This document shows, piece by piece, positions 37,885-47,374 of a stretch of 64,000 nucleotides of DNA. The stretch lies in the sequence record MT150133.1, one strand, 5' to 3'. The position numbers were made by a program, and so were the translations under genes. The stretch comes from Enterobacteria phage vB_EcoM_IME540. The notes beneath the pieces are model-generated. The model did no database searches. It was given only the letters and a program-made list of their open reading frames with translations, and was not told the origin of the DNA. Every line of letters begins with the position of its first letter. Positions within the stretch are counted from its first letter, which is position 1.

Positions 37885-38590
37885 TAAGTCCTCGGTAATC
37901 TACATTAGGGAAGCCGTTCTTAATTGCGATTTTACTAAATCTTCCACACTTGAGCTTATTATTATCTACCCATAATTTATATAATTGTGAATACATCGGT
38001 TCATGCCATATAGGGGATTTACGCAAAGAGGCTTTTTTCCTTTCTATAGTTTCTTTAGAATTTTGTATGGCTTTAAATTTTTGTCTATTTTCAGGATTTT
38101 CAAAATACTTAACCCGTTTTTCAGACATTTTAGCTTTTACTTTTGGCGAATTTAAAATTTCTTTGAGCCGTTCTTTAGAGCCTTCCTTTTCAAAATACTT
38201 TATTAAAGCCATTGAATGAGCAGCCCTATTTTCCTTTTTAGAGAAAAATAAAATTTTATTAATAGATTGCAATTTTGAAAATGATTCTTTAGCCAACTTA
38301 TAATTTTCAGAATCTACAAAATAAGACCTTTGTTTTGAATTTGAAGTAGAGCTCATATTTAACCAGGCAAAATTCAACCCATAGTGGTTTGGATTAGCTT
38401 TGGCTAGATACATATGGGCCAAATAATGTTCATCAGCATAAAGCTCAACTAAATTGTCTTGAGTGTCAGGACCACCAACACAACTCGGAATTATATGATG
38501 CTTTTCTGTATAGGCGTCATTAGGTGTATCCCTAGATAAGGCCGCATTTATTATTTTATAGTAGTCATATGGATATTTTATAGTTTCCAT
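37856..38590 (-). mobile_element. HNH homing endonuclease (Mob-like)
   Basis: EKHHIIPSCVGGPDTQDNLVEL...EH HNH motif; C-terminal tail resembles that of the Seg-like protein at 35387. Confidence 0.7.
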
Positions 38591-38597
38591 ACTGTCC

Positions 38598-39056
38598 TCA
38601 CAAGTAAATTACTTTCGTGCTGGTTTTACCTTCTAAACGTTTAGAGTTAACAAATGCCATACGACATTTAAGGGAATATCCTTTATCAGGATGTTTACGG
38701 TCTACTGTCATACCTAGCCATAAGGTTTTATCGGTAATTTCGAGACGCAATGGCCGATACACTTTACCAGGGACAATTTCGGATTCTACATCAGGCAGAG
38801 GTTCCTGGATTAAGAATTCATGGATTTCTTTAACATGGTTATGGAGTTGCTTGAATAAAGCAAAAACGTATTTTTCGTCGATTTCACGTTGGATAGCACG
38901 GTCCAACAAGTGGTTAGAGTACTTAATAAAGAAGGCTGGGACTCCGCTCTTAATGGCGGCTTTTTTGATGGACGTATTCAGTTCACGGAATTCGGTTTCG
39001 AACTGACGACGTAATTTATTGCGGCGGATGAATACTTCTGAATTAATTTCTGACAT
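38598..39056 (-). CDS. regB: endoribonuclease RegB
   Basis: 152 aa; EVFIRRNKLRRQFE...HLLDRAIQREIDE matches T4 RegB. Confidence 0.85.
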   Translation of the reverse strand: MSEINSEVFIRRNKLRRQFETEFRELNTSIKKAAIKSGVPAFFIKYSNHLLDRAIQREIDEKYVFALFKQLHNHVKEIHEFLIQEPLPDVESEIVPGKVYRPLRLEITDKTLWLGMTVDRKHPDKGYSLKCRMAFVNSKRLEGKTSTKVIYL

Positions 39057-39084
39057 TTTGTAATCTCCTGTAGTTGATAGGTCT

Positions 39085-39113
39085 ATAGTACCACGTCTAC
39101 AGGAGATGTAAAC
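39085..39113 (-). promoter_or_regulatory. early promoter element (GTTTAC-N17-TACTAT)
   Basis: family member: gtctatagtaccacgtctacaggagatgtaaac. Confidence 0.55.
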
Positions 39114-39117
39114 TGCT

Positions 39118-39327
39118 TTATTCTTGGAATGGGGTAAGTTTTCCAGCAGCTGAACAAATTTCTACCAGTACAGGGTAAAACTCTTTCACTTGTTCAAGGC
39201 GTTGGGCTGCATACTGTACTTCACCTTCTTCGAGACAAGCCATTTGGTCGTCAAGCAAGTATTTGTGGTAGCCAGTACAGGCTTCACCGATGATACGCTG
39301 GAAATCTTGTAAACTTTCAATTTTCAT
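39118..39327 (-). CDS. hypothetical protein (~69 aa)
   Basis: start trimmed to MKIESLQDF, giving an ATGA overlap with the upstream ORF. Confidence 0.45.
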   Translation of the reverse strand: MKIESLQDFQRIIGEACTGYHKYLLDDQMACLEEGEVQYAAQRLEQVKEFYPVLVEICSAAGKLTPFQE

Positions 39328-39605
39328 CAGTATTTTTCCTCGGGTTGGAAAACGGAACGACACGCCCACATACTTGCTTCTTTCAGACGGTCAATTGCAT
39401 TACGAATCTGGGTGATGCGTTCATGAGCCTGGTCTAGTTCTTGTTCAGAAACCTCTTCGGTATCTAAGTTCATATAATGAGTAACATGTTCTTCTTCCAG
39501 AGCTTTAAACATTAACCCAAGACGAACTTCAGCATCTTTGATAGCGTTTACTTTACCGATTTTATCGTCGGTATGCGGCTTATAACCCTTGATATCTTCA
39601 ATCAT
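39327..39605 (-). CDS. hypothetical protein (92 aa)
   Basis: coding-strand ORF. Confidence 0.5.
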   Translation of the reverse strand: MIEDIKGYKPHTDDKIGKVNAIKDAEVRLGLMFKALEEEHVTHYMNLDTEEVSEQELDQAHERITQIRNAIDRLKEASMWACRSVFQPEEKY

Positions 39606-39820
39606 TTCACTTCCTCGCCAGTTGCGATATCATATTCTACCAAACGAAGGCCTTCAGTCCAACCTTGCACGGAGATATAGGTAGTCGGGTAAATCATTTC
39701 TTTACCATTCCACCGACCGCCATCCCAGACTTCCAGAAAGTCTTGTTCACCTGGTCCATTAAGCCATTCAACAAATCTTTTCAGAGCTTCTTCAGAACCT
39801 TCAATTGTCAATTTAGACAT
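39602..39820 (-). CDS. hypothetical protein (72 aa)
   Basis: coding-strand ORF. Confidence 0.5.
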   Translation of the reverse strand: MSKLTIEGSEEALKRFVEWLNGPGEQDFLEVWDGGRWNGKEMIYPTTYISVQGWTEGLRLVEYDIATGEEVK

Positions 39821-40106
39821 ATTTTTTCCAATCAGAAATCATATGAATCTCTTGGTCATAAGTCAAGAGACTACGAGCAATAATACCCTTACAAGGCCCT
39901 GAGATGAACTCGAGAGTGAAGTAAGGAACCTGTTTCATTAATCGGATACTAGGAGCATGACATCTAAAACGAGAGCCCTTAAAGGGCCCTGTCATGAATA
40001 CATATTCCAATGGGTAGAAATAAGCATATTCGAAATTTGCAGTAAGGTCCTCTCTTCGAACCTTACGTGAGAAATAACAGAACTCAAAAAGTTCTTCATC
40101 AGTCAT
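39813..40106 (-). CDS. hypothetical protein (~97 aa)
   Basis: start trimmed to MTDEELFEF to avoid a 52-nt overlap. Confidence 0.45.
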   Translation of the reverse strand: MTDEELFEFCYFSRKVRREDLTANFEYAYFYPLEYVFMTGPFKGSRFRCHAPSIRLMKQVPYFTLEFISGPCKGIIARSLLTYDQEIHMISDWKKYV

Positions 40107-40633
40107 CATTGCATTCCTATCACAAAGAACAGAGGCAAAGGCTTGTCGCCTTGGCACATAAATTTATTAATCATTACCTGGTAAGCTTCATAGAACTTAT
40201 CCATCGCTGGAAGGCGCATTGGCTCTTCGATAATAATCAATAATCGAGTAACAGATAGTCCACGATACTTATGGAAATTGTCTTCATCAAGGAAACTGCG
40301 CACAGTATCATAGACAACAAAACCAGGACCTTCGACTTGGAGATGTGGGTGTGCCTTAGAAACCTGTTTTATTACATTACAAATTTCTCGCGAGCGATGC
40401 GAAGAACTCGACATAACAATCACATCATTACCCTTGGAAACCCAATCAGCGGCGAACTGAGCAAGGGCACTTGTTTTACCTGTTTGGCGTCCGCCATCAA
40501 GTCGAAGAGTACCAAACTCTTGCATTCTTGAAGCAGGTTCATACCATGTGTATTGGTCTGAGTCTAAACGTTCAATGGCGCGTTCAGCGAAGGCGTGCAT
40601 TAAGGTTAGATAAATGGGAGTTAAAAATTTCAT
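40106..40633 (-). CDS. P-loop protein (175 aa), unknown function
   Basis: Walker A GGRQTGKTS; hydrophobic Walker B-like LLIIIEEP. Confidence 0.5.
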   Translation of the reverse strand: MKFLTPIYLTLMHAFAERAIERLDSDQYTWYEPASRMQEFGTLRLDGGRQTGKTSALAQFAADWVSKGNDVIVMSSSSHRSREICNVIKQVSKAHPHLQVEGPGFVVYDTVRSFLDEDNFHKYRGLSVTRLLIIIEEPMRLPAMDKFYEAYQVMINKFMCQGDKPLPLFFVIGMQ

Positions 40634-40793
40634 AGTAGTCTCTTAGTGGTGGGGCCATTCCTTGGCACATAATTCGTCCATGTATCCGTATGTAAACCCT
40701 TTACCGCACTTGGGCTCGACCTTATTACAGGTAGGGAAAGGTCCATCACTCAGAGGACGCGACGTTCATGAGGAGAGGGCCGGCTTGCCTTTA

Positions 40794-41093
40794 TTAGAAA
40801 GAACCAGAACCTCTAATTGTGTTCTGGCGACCTTTATTTTCTAATTCGGAGTGGTCGATTTCATATGCTTGTGCTACGCCAAAGGCCTTTTTAACTTTAG
40901 CTAAAGAACCTTTAGATGTAACAATATTAAAAGTATTACCTTTGGTAAAATCAACAAAATCGACTTGTACGCCCTGTTTACCGAGGCTTGCTACAATAGC
41001 ATCAACATATTCTTGGTCTAAATTGCCTTGAACTCCAATTTGAAATGCTTTAGGAGCTTTGGCTTCTGTGATAAATTCTTGATAAGTTTTCAT
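40794..41093 (-). CDS. internal-protein-like capsid-targeted protein (IPII/IPIII region)
   Basis: N-terminus MKTYQEFITEAK matches the T4 internal-protein capsid targeting leader MKTYQEFIAE; sits beside denV as T4 ipII/ipIII do. Confidence 0.6.
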   Translation of the reverse strand: MKTYQEFITEAKAPKAFQIGVQGNLDQEYVDAIVASLGKQGVQVDFVDFTKGNTFNIVTSKGSLAKVKKAFGVAQAYEIDHSELENKGRQNTIRGSGSF

Positions 41094-41136
41094 TGTTATT
41101 CCTTAAGTTGATAGAAGTATTCTATCACGGATTTAA

Positions 41137-41553
41137 TTAAGCGTAAATAGCCTTGCCATAATGTTTGTACCAGGTAGGACGCTGTGCAATTTTTTCATCC
41201 AAACGGGTCTGAGATATAGCAATAGAAGCTTCGTGTGGAGTATAGTCACCACGGAATTCCTGAGGAATGCCACTAATGTCCTGGACAGTAGTATCCTTGA
41301 TATTAAAACCACGTTTTAAACATTCGGCTATAAGCTCAATTTGTCGCTTACGTAAAAATTCAAGCTTATCGTAAAAGAATGTAACATGGCCTGTGCCAAG
41401 GATAAAAGTAGGACTGATTTTGAAATCACGGACACGTTTACCATTAGCAACATGCTTACGAACTGCACCGAAAACACGTGGTAATTCACGATATTCAGCC
41501 ATTAAGTGTTGGTCGGCCAATTCAGATACTAAGGTAAGGTTGATACGAGTCAT
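41137..41553 (-). CDS. denV: endonuclease V (pyrimidine-dimer DNA glycosylase) DenV
   Basis: 138 aa, essentially identical to T4 DenV ([29 protein letters not shown]...). Confidence 0.95.
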   Translation of the reverse strand: MTRINLTLVSELADQHLMAEYRELPRVFGAVRKHVANGKRVRDFKISPTFILGTGHVTFFYDKLEFLRKRQIELIAECLKRGFNIKDTTVQDISGIPQEFRGDYTPHEASIAISQTRLDEKIAQRPTWYKHYGKAIYA

Positions 41554-41581
41554 TTTTTAATCTCCTGTAGTTGATAGGTCT

Positions 41582-41610
41582 ATAGTATCATGCCTACAGG
41601 AGATGTAAAC
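41582..41610 (-). promoter_or_regulatory. early promoter element (GTTTAC-N17-TACTAT)
   Basis: family member; the adjacent TATAAATA at 41612-41619 is formed by the last codons of the upstream ORF. Confidence 0.55.
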
Positions 41611-42009
41611 TTATTTATAGGTTTTCATCCAATTCTTGAACAAAGCTGCGACGTCTTTCTCTTTAACGTTCAGTTTAACGTCCAACATTTTACCACCGGC
41701 AGCACGTGTCTGACGAATCTTAGCAGTACCGGTTTCGCCATTCCACTCAACATAATACTGTCCGGTGTTCATTGCAATACCGTCGCCGTAGTCTTCATTT
41801 TTAGAAGTGGTGAATGCCAGCTTCATAGTCTTAGATACACGAGCCTGCATGCCTGTCTGAAGGGCATTACGAACGCGAATAACCTGAGGAGTGGCCTGGG
41901 TCAGGTTTTCATTCAGTTCTTCAGTGAACTCTTCAGATTCAAACATCGCCAAAAGTTCTTTAGATGCAGGAATTACATTCTCTGCGATAAATTCATTATA
42001 AGTTTTCAT
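41611..42009 (-). CDS. internal-protein-like capsid-targeted protein (132 aa)
   Basis: N-terminus [11 protein letters not shown] (CTS-like leader). Confidence 0.6.
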   Translation of the reverse strand: MKTYNEFIAENVIPASKELLAMFESEEFTEELNENLTQATPQVIRVRNALQTGMQARVSKTMKLAFTTSKNEDYGDGIAMNTGQYYVEWNGETGTAKIRQTRAAGGKMLDVKLNVKEKDVAALFKNWMKTYK

Positions 42010-42490
42010 ATGCTTTCCAAGTACCTGTTTTAAATGTGGAAATCACGCGCTTAGCACGATTAGGAGTTTGTTTATACCAACGGGATTGAGCCAGGTTAAC
42101 TGCTGCATCATCCCAACGTTTTTGCTGAAGCATACGCAGAGAGTTAGTGAACCCTGCTACGCCTGCTTCACCCATTTGGAAGACCATGTTAATTAAAGCA
42201 CAACGACGAACTTCGTCCAGTACATCATAAACAGGTTTCAATTTAGGATTACGCAGAATAGCTCTACGAGCATTTTCAACCGACCGGTTAAAGAGTTGTT
42301 CGGCTTCAGCCATAGTAATACGACCATTGCAAACTCGACCCATAAGCTTATCAAGTTCAGCCCGAGCAACATCTTTAGAAGGATTCTTAGTAATCAATTG
42401 GCCAATACCAATAGTATAGTATCCCTCAGTATCCTTATATAAGTCTAATTTACAGCCTTCATCAAGGCGTAACATATCAAAAATATCCAT
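41996..42490 (-). CDS. e: lysozyme (endolysin) E
   Basis: 164 aa; [12 protein letters not shown]...[13 protein letters not shown]...[14 protein letters not shown] matches T4 lysozyme. Confidence 0.95.
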   Translation of the reverse strand: MDIFDMLRLDEGCKLDLYKDTEGYYTIGIGQLITKNPSKDVARAELDKLMGRVCNGRITMAEAEQLFNRSVENARRAILRNPKLKPVYDVLDEVRRCALINMVFQMGEAGVAGFTNSLRMLQQKRWDDAAVNLAQSRWYKQTPNRAKRVISTFKTGTWKAYENL

Positions 42491-42520
42491 AATACCTCCT
42501 GAGTATAGGAGGTATTTATA
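42491..42520 (-). promoter_or_regulatory. gene e leader: late promoter TATAAATA overlapping an SD-sequestering hairpin
   Basis: minus strand TATAAATA-CCTCCTATACTCAGGAGGTATT-ATG; inverted repeat ACCTCCT/AGGAGGT pairs the SD. Confidence 0.55.
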
Positions 42521-42970
42521 TCAAAAGAGCGAGTCTAAAACCTTAAACATCGACGGGCCCATGACATATTCCCATTGAGGTCGTTTAATCAAGGCGAACG
42601 CATCGAATTCAGGAATAGTACGACCCTCAGGGAATGTATGGTAAGCCGTACATTTGCAATCCTTGAACTGCTCGTGTTCCACAGGCACCGTATATAAGAA
42701 CAGATGTAGATTCTTATTGCTTGAATATTTGAACTCACCTAGGTCTTTCAGGAATGCAGGATCGTATGCTGTGAATCCAATCTCTTCTTCGGTTTCGCGC
42801 ATTGCCGCTTGAATAGGCTCTTCGCCTGGTTCGACATGACCTTTAGGAATGTCCCATTTATGACGCATATTCTCTGGATTACGAGAGCCTGTTACACGAC
42901 CCATGACCAGTTCTTTATCAACGGTCATGAATAAAATACCTGCCGATAATTCCTTAGCTTTCTTACTCAT
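42521..42970 (-). CDS. nudE: Nudix hydrolase NudE
   Basis: Nudix box GHVEPGEEPIQAAMRETEEEIG; start trimmed to MSKKAKEL (149 aa). Confidence 0.8.
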   Translation of the reverse strand: MSKKAKELSAGILFMTVDKELVMGRVTGSRNPENMRHKWDIPKGHVEPGEEPIQAAMRETEEEIGFTAYDPAFLKDLGEFKYSSNKNLHLFLYTVPVEHEQFKDCKCTAYHTFPEGRTIPEFDAFALIKRPQWEYVMGPSMFKVLDSLF

Positions 42971-43199
42971 CGTCTCGTTCCCATGATTGTTTAAAAATAT
43001 CTTGCATAATAATTTGAAGTCTATTTTCTGTTGATGGACTTTCACTATCAGACACTTGAAGCATATAGTCACCAATAGGACAGAACATATCCAAGTCGCT
43101 TTCTAAATCTTCTTTGATTTTCTCTTCTGACGTTCCGGTATCATAGGAATACAGATAAGAATCACATGACTCGGATTTAATATAAATCGCAATACTCAT
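42963..43199 (-). CDS. hypothetical acidic protein (78 aa)
   Basis: coding-strand ORF. Confidence 0.45.
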   Translation of the reverse strand: MSIAIYIKSESCDSYLYSYDTGTSEEKIKEDLESDLDMFCPIGDYMLQVSDSESPSTENRLQIIMQDIFKQSWERDDE

Positions 43200-43789
43200 T
43201 TACGGCATTCCTCAATAAACTCATTTAAATTCCGTTTGATTTTACCTTCGTCGTAAAGACGTTGTTGACGACGTAAACGCCATGGCATTTCAATAGCCAA
43301 GCACCAAATACTTAAAGCAGCGCCAGCTGTGAAAAGGTTCATTAATCCAGCACCAATAATAGTTCGTTCTAGCGCATCATTCCAGTTAGCATCGATTAAA
43401 AATGAACTCAACACTAACATTGGAAGTAAAGTAATAAAATATGCTACAACATATCGTCTGAACGTAAGCCATTCAGTATCGATGAGCTTAGCCTTTCCAT
43501 CTTGGAGACAAATATACTTATCGTCAGTGCGGGTGATTTTCTTTACTGGTTGCCAGCCGTTTACGATATAGCCCATTTTATATTCCTCAATTAAAAGCTG
43601 TTTCATTTCGGCAGTACAACCTGACCAATCTATTGTACTGGCTGAAATTCCTTCATCACCGTCATCGATATTTCGCCAGGACTTTTTAATAATCATATGT
43701 TCACCACTTGGGATAATAATTCCAGCATTTTCCGACCGACGGATGAAGTTTGTATCAATACCCATACAACCGGGTTCATAAAGGGCCAT
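43196..43789 (-). CDS. hypothetical membrane-associated protein (197 aa)
   Basis: hydrophobic stretches; C-terminal NLNEFIEECRK motif shared with two other ORFs. Confidence 0.5.
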   Translation of the reverse strand: MALYEPGCMGIDTNFIRRSENAGIIIPSGEHMIIKKSWRNIDDGDEGISASTIDWSGCTAEMKQLLIEEYKMGYIVNGWQPVKKITRTDDKYICLQDGKAKLIDTEWLTFRRYVVAYFITLLPMLVLSSFLIDANWNDALERTIIGAGLMNLFTAGAALSIWCLAIEMPWRLRRQQRLYDEGKIKRNLNEFIEECRK

Positions 43790-44478
43790 TACCAGCCCTC
43801 CATAGGGAATTCCAGATATACTTGAGCATTAACGCGGATTTCATTAGTAATCTTTTTAACTCGGTCGGTATTACGAGACACACGACCAAACCAGCGCCAA
43901 CCGTTACTTACTGCACGAGAACCTGTATGCCATGTCTGCCAATCAAACTGGAGCAACGTGCGGTCGGGGGCATCCCACTTGGTTAATTCATTAGACTCAA
44001 TTTTTTCCAGAACTTCTTTATGCCACTGGCGATAGATAAGTTCGCCTTCAGGAATCTGACTGAATTGTGCAGTTCCGGTTGCAAAATGAGTAGGACACAC
44101 ATCAGCGTTAACAAGACCAAGAATATGTTCAGAATGGTATCGAGGATTATCATAATCAGGTTGCCCTGCGGTAATAAAGTGTTGACCCACCGGAATATCC
44201 GGGCGTGGTACATCATCATGGTGGAAGCCTGGAATTGCAGGGTACCAGCCAGGCATTAACATGTGTACACGGGAATCAAATACAATATCAGGGCCACATT
44301 GCCAATCTTCAGGCAGGTTTTCAATAAAGCTACGAGTAATAGGACCGCCATGTTTATGAGCAAAATAAGCATCGCAATTAAAGAACATAGGCTCATTTTT
44401 AATCATATCATTACTGATATCTTGAGCAAAACCACCTACTGCACGAGCTTTAGAATTAAAAATTTTTGGACCGTTCAT
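43789..44478 (-). CDS. hypothetical protein (229 aa)
   Basis: coding-strand ORF with His/Asp-rich segment PGFHHDDVP. Confidence 0.5.
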   Translation of the reverse strand: MNGPKIFNSKARAVGGFAQDISNDMIKNEPMFFNCDAYFAHKHGGPITRSFIENLPEDWQCGPDIVFDSRVHMLMPGWYPAIPGFHHDDVPRPDIPVGQHFITAGQPDYDNPRYHSEHILGLVNADVCPTHFATGTAQFSQIPEGELIYRQWHKEVLEKIESNELTKWDAPDRTLLQFDWQTWHTGSRAVSNGWRWFGRVSRNTDRVKKITNEIRVNAQVYLEFPMEGW

Positions 44479-44492
44479 AATATTTTCCTCAC

Positions 44493-44705
44493 TTACTTTT
44501 TGTTGAAAAAGTACATTTTACCTTTAGGGGATAAGGATACACGAAGTGCGTTACCAATACCAACTGAACATTTAACCAGGTCAGCAGATTTCAATTCACC
44601 AAATGCTTGACGAAGGTCACCGTCACGAGTGTTAACCATCAGGCATTTAGCACCAGCTGCACGAACTTCGTTTAACATGTTGATTGCTTGGTTAGAAAGT
44701 TTCAT
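44493..44705 (-). CDS. hypothetical protein (~70 aa)
   Basis: start trimmed to MKLSNQ with ATGGAGAATAAAATG leader; promoter element lies further upstream. Confidence 0.45.
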   Translation of the reverse strand: MKLSNQAINMLNEVRAAGAKCLMVNTRDGDLRQAFGELKSADLVKCSVGIGNALRVSLSPKGKMYFFNKK

Positions 44706-44742
44706 TTTATTCTCCATTTCACTCTGTTGTTTTGATAGGTCT

Positions 44743-44771
44743 ATAGTATCACACCTATAGACCTTGTACAC
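44743..44771 (-). promoter_or_regulatory. early promoter element variant (GTGTAC-N17-TACTAT) with perfect inverted repeat
   Basis: ggtctatagtatcacacctatagacc: 9-bp inverted-repeat arms GGTCTATAG / CTATAGACC. Confidence 0.45.
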
Positions 44772-44783
44772 TGTTTTGTGCAA

Positions 44784-45743
44784 TTATTTTTCGAAAGGAC
44801 GAATTAAATGTTGGTTACGCTTAAACCGTTCAATGTAGTCGTTTTCACCTAAAGTCTTGTACATATTAACCACAGCTTGGTAGTTTTCCCATGCATAAGT
44901 GCGGAACCAACCTGAAGTGATTGAGGTGCACACTTTCTCAAGGGCCATATAGAAACTTAATGATGGTGAAATATTGAAGTCATTAGGAACCTGTGAACGT
45001 TCTAGTGCCAGGACACAAGTTTCTTCATACACACCAGCCAGTTTAATAGCTTCAGGCAAAGCCTCGAACTTCTCACGAGAGGTCATGACTTCAGAACCTT
45101 CCTTCATATAAAAGGTATATGCAGGGCGCCCTGCCAATGCCACTGCTTCATGGATAGAGTCGTGGTCCAGAGTATAAATGGGATCATTAAAGAACGATGA
45201 TTTGTTTACATCCAATTTAGGGTGGGAATAGCTCAACGTTTCTTTTTGACGTTGCAACATAATTTCCTGGAGTTCTTCGTTAAGGGTGATACCTTTATTA
45301 CGAAGGTATTTGATGTGGGACATGGTTTTCAAGAAGAACGGATTATTCTTCAAGAAACGATGGGAGGTTTTGATAGCCAGACAGATATCAGGGGTTGCCC
45401 AATAGAAACCTGTAAGACGGTCCTTTTTAATATGATTTTCGGCATATTTCAGGAGACGATAACTTGAGGTGAAATCTTCGTCTTGAAGCTCACCGGTAAT
45501 TTCTCGTACGTTAGTCAGGGCACGAACGATATAAGCTTCAAAATAGGTTTCTTTACCATTGTACATGCATTTAAAAGCCTGGACATCAGGGTTATCCACA
45601 GGAACATGGGCACCAAACATCCGAGCTTTAAAGTGATTCCATGAGCCTTGGTCGGCAATGAAATCCCAATCAGAATTTTCGATATGCTTACTTTCAATCA
45701 GACCAGCGTGGTGCAGTGCACGAGAACCAATAACTAACATCAT
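44784..45743 (-). CDS. hypothetical protein (~320 aa)
   Basis: start trimmed to MMLVIGSRAL with GAGGA SD. Confidence 0.55.
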   Translation of the reverse strand: MMLVIGSRALHHAGLIESKHIENSDWDFIADQGSWNHFKARMFGAHVPVDNPDVQAFKCMYNGKETYFEAYIVRALTNVREITGELQDEDFTSSYRLLKYAENHIKKDRLTGFYWATPDICLAIKTSHRFLKNNPFFLKTMSHIKYLRNKGITLNEELQEIMLQRQKETLSYSHPKLDVNKSSFFNDPIYTLDHDSIHEAVALAGRPAYTFYMKEGSEVMTSREKFEALPEAIKLAGVYEETCVLALERSQVPNDFNISPSLSFYMALEKVCTSITSGWFRTYAWENYQAVVNMYKTLGENDYIERFKRNQHLIRPFEK

Positions 45744-45762
45744 AATATTTTCCTCAGTAAAC

Positions 45763-46002
45763 TTAAATTTCAGCGACGTAATCGTTATGCAATTCCCACA
45801 TATCATCAGAATTATTCTTAATGATAGGAATTATCTCATTAGAGATTTCTTCAGCATAAGGGTCATTGATACAGTGGGCATCTTCAAAACGAACACCGTA
45901 ATCAGACTTCTTATAAGAGAAGCCATAAATCTTTTTAAACTTGGCGCGAGTAATGCGTACCGGTTCATTAGACTTATCGGACATCGGAGCGTAATACCAC
46001 AT
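45763..46002 (-). CDS. hypothetical protein (79 aa)
   Basis: coding-strand ORF. Confidence 0.5.
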   Translation of the reverse strand: MWYYAPMSDKSNEPVRITRAKFKKIYGFSYKKSDYGVRFEDAHCINDPYAEEISNEIIPIIKNNSDDMWELHNDYVAEI

Positions 46003-46045
46003 ATGTTCTCCTCATGTTTGTGTAGGGTAATAGTAACATGATTTT

Positions 46046-46396
46046 CTAGAGTTGTACATCACTTCTGCAATATTCTAAAAATAATTTATCATTGTCTACT
46101 GTATCCCAACGACGCCAAGACGGGTTCCAGACCAAAGCGTTGTCACCACAATCATTGAGCTTAAAATGGTCGTAGTACATAGCTATGTGTCTAGTCTCGT
46201 CACCAGAGAACCCCAGTATAGGCTCACCGTGGGTGTGATACATATGATGGTGCATTGAGAGGTCGCATTTGTAAAACATCTCACGTTTACCACGAACGAA
46301 CAAGAAGGCCTGTCCATTCATATAGAATTCTTTATTTGTTTTCAAAAGATATTTGAATACTGAATCTTTATGCATAAGTCCTCCTACCACATCCAT
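46046..46396 (-). CDS. hypothetical His-rich protein (116 aa)
   Basis: coding-strand ORF; HHHMYHTH segment. Confidence 0.5.
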   Translation of the reverse strand: MDVVGGLMHKDSVFKYLLKTNKEFYMNGQAFLFVRGKREMFYKCDLSMHHHMYHTHGEPILGFSGDETRHIAMYYDHFKLNDCGDNALVWNPSWRRWDTVDNDKLFLEYCRSDVQL

Positions 46397-46405
46397 GTGG
46401 TTAAA

Positions 46406-46633
46406 TTATTTTCCTAACGAAATACGAGTAGGTTTTTTACCGAAATAGTCTTCATAAGAACCATCTAAACGACCTGCTTTAGACCGACAATATGAATCGT
46501 ACTTTTTGTAATAAGTCATCTCAGTATTATAACGCGGGTGTCTATCAGCCATAATAATACTTAACGGCCAACCTTTGGCATAATCGCGAAGACCATTTAT
46601 TTTACGAATGTATCTTTTCTTTAATTTTAGCAT
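46406..46633 (-). CDS. hypothetical basic protein (75 aa)
   Basis: coding-strand ORF. Confidence 0.45.
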   Translation of the reverse strand: MLKLKKRYIRKINGLRDYAKGWPLSIIMADRHPRYNTEMTYYKKYDSYCRSKAGRLDGSYEDYFGKKPTRISLGK

Positions 46634-46851
46634 GAGCTCGGATACCAGATTTTACCATCGGCCTGAGCAACGAAGGTGCGTCCAGCTTCTTCACCATAAC
46701 AAGAGCTATTCAGCCAATCTTCGAGACGAACTTCACCGTCATAATCGTCGAGCTCAACACCAAAACTTTGAGCAGAAGCCATATCTTTTACTTTCTTATA
46801 CAGTGCAGCCAGTTCAAGTGCGGCTTTTTCTAATTCATTAATATCAGTCAT
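46627..46851 (-). CDS. small paralog family member A (C-terminal WYPSSC)
   Basis: start trimmed to MTDINELEK; C-terminus ...GKIWYPSSC. Confidence 0.5.
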   Translation of the reverse strand: MTDINELEKAALELAALYKKVKDMASAQSFGVELDDYDGEVRLEDWLNSSCYGEEAGRTFVAQADGKIWYPSSC

Positions 46852-46861
46852 TTTTATCACC

Positions 46862-47074
46862 TTAGCAAGACATAGAGGATGTAAACCAGAAACCTTCACC
46901 ATCTGGGATACCGTAATCATCACGGGCCCATTCATAATCATCATATTCCGGATTCTTTGGAGAAATGTATTGTCCACGACCAGAAACATGGAACTCTTCA
47001 CCCGTTTCGTCAGCCACGGCCTGGCCTTTACGTACTAATTCGCGGATTTGTTTTTCAATTTCATCAATAGTCAT
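46862..47074 (-). CDS. small paralog family member B (C-terminal WFTSSMSC)
   Basis: 70 aa; N-terminal helix MTIDEIEKQIRELV; C-terminus GFWFTSSMSC. Confidence 0.55.
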   Translation of the reverse strand: MTIDEIEKQIRELVRKGQAVADETGEEFHVSGRGQYISPKNPEYDDYEWARDDYGIPDGEGFWFTSSMSC

Positions 47075-47083
47075 TTTATTTCC

Positions 47084-47365
47084 TTAACATTCAGAAGAAG
47101 AGGACACCCAACCGCCATTTTCTAGGCTGGTGGTGTAATCATGCTGGTTTACAATAGCATACTGGGCTTCACCGTATTCTTCCCAGTGGGCAAGGTCGGC
47201 TTTCAAGGCGCCAGGAGAATAATAGTCACCGCCCATACCGCGAGCAGGGTATATATTAAAATGAGTCTCATATTTGTTAGCAATTTCCTCGGCACGACGA
47301 ATAGCTTTATGGATATCATTTACTGCGTCAGCCAGCTCTTTATTTTTACGGTAATCATTCATCAT
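47084..47365 (-). CDS. small paralog family member C (C-terminal WVSSSSEC)
   Basis: 93 aa; C-terminus GGWVSSSSEC. Confidence 0.55.
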   Translation of the reverse strand: MMNDYRKNKELADAVNDIHKAIRRAEEIANKYETHFNIYPARGMGGDYYSPGALKADLAHWEEYGEAQYAIVNQHDYTTSLENGGWVSSSSEC

Positions 47366-47374
47366 AGCGTTTCC

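Noticed and set aside
41612-41619. TATAAATA late-promoter motif immediately upstream of the denV early promoter
   Set aside because: It is formed by the final Tyr-Lys-stop codons of the upstream ORF; function uncertain, so not called as a promoter.
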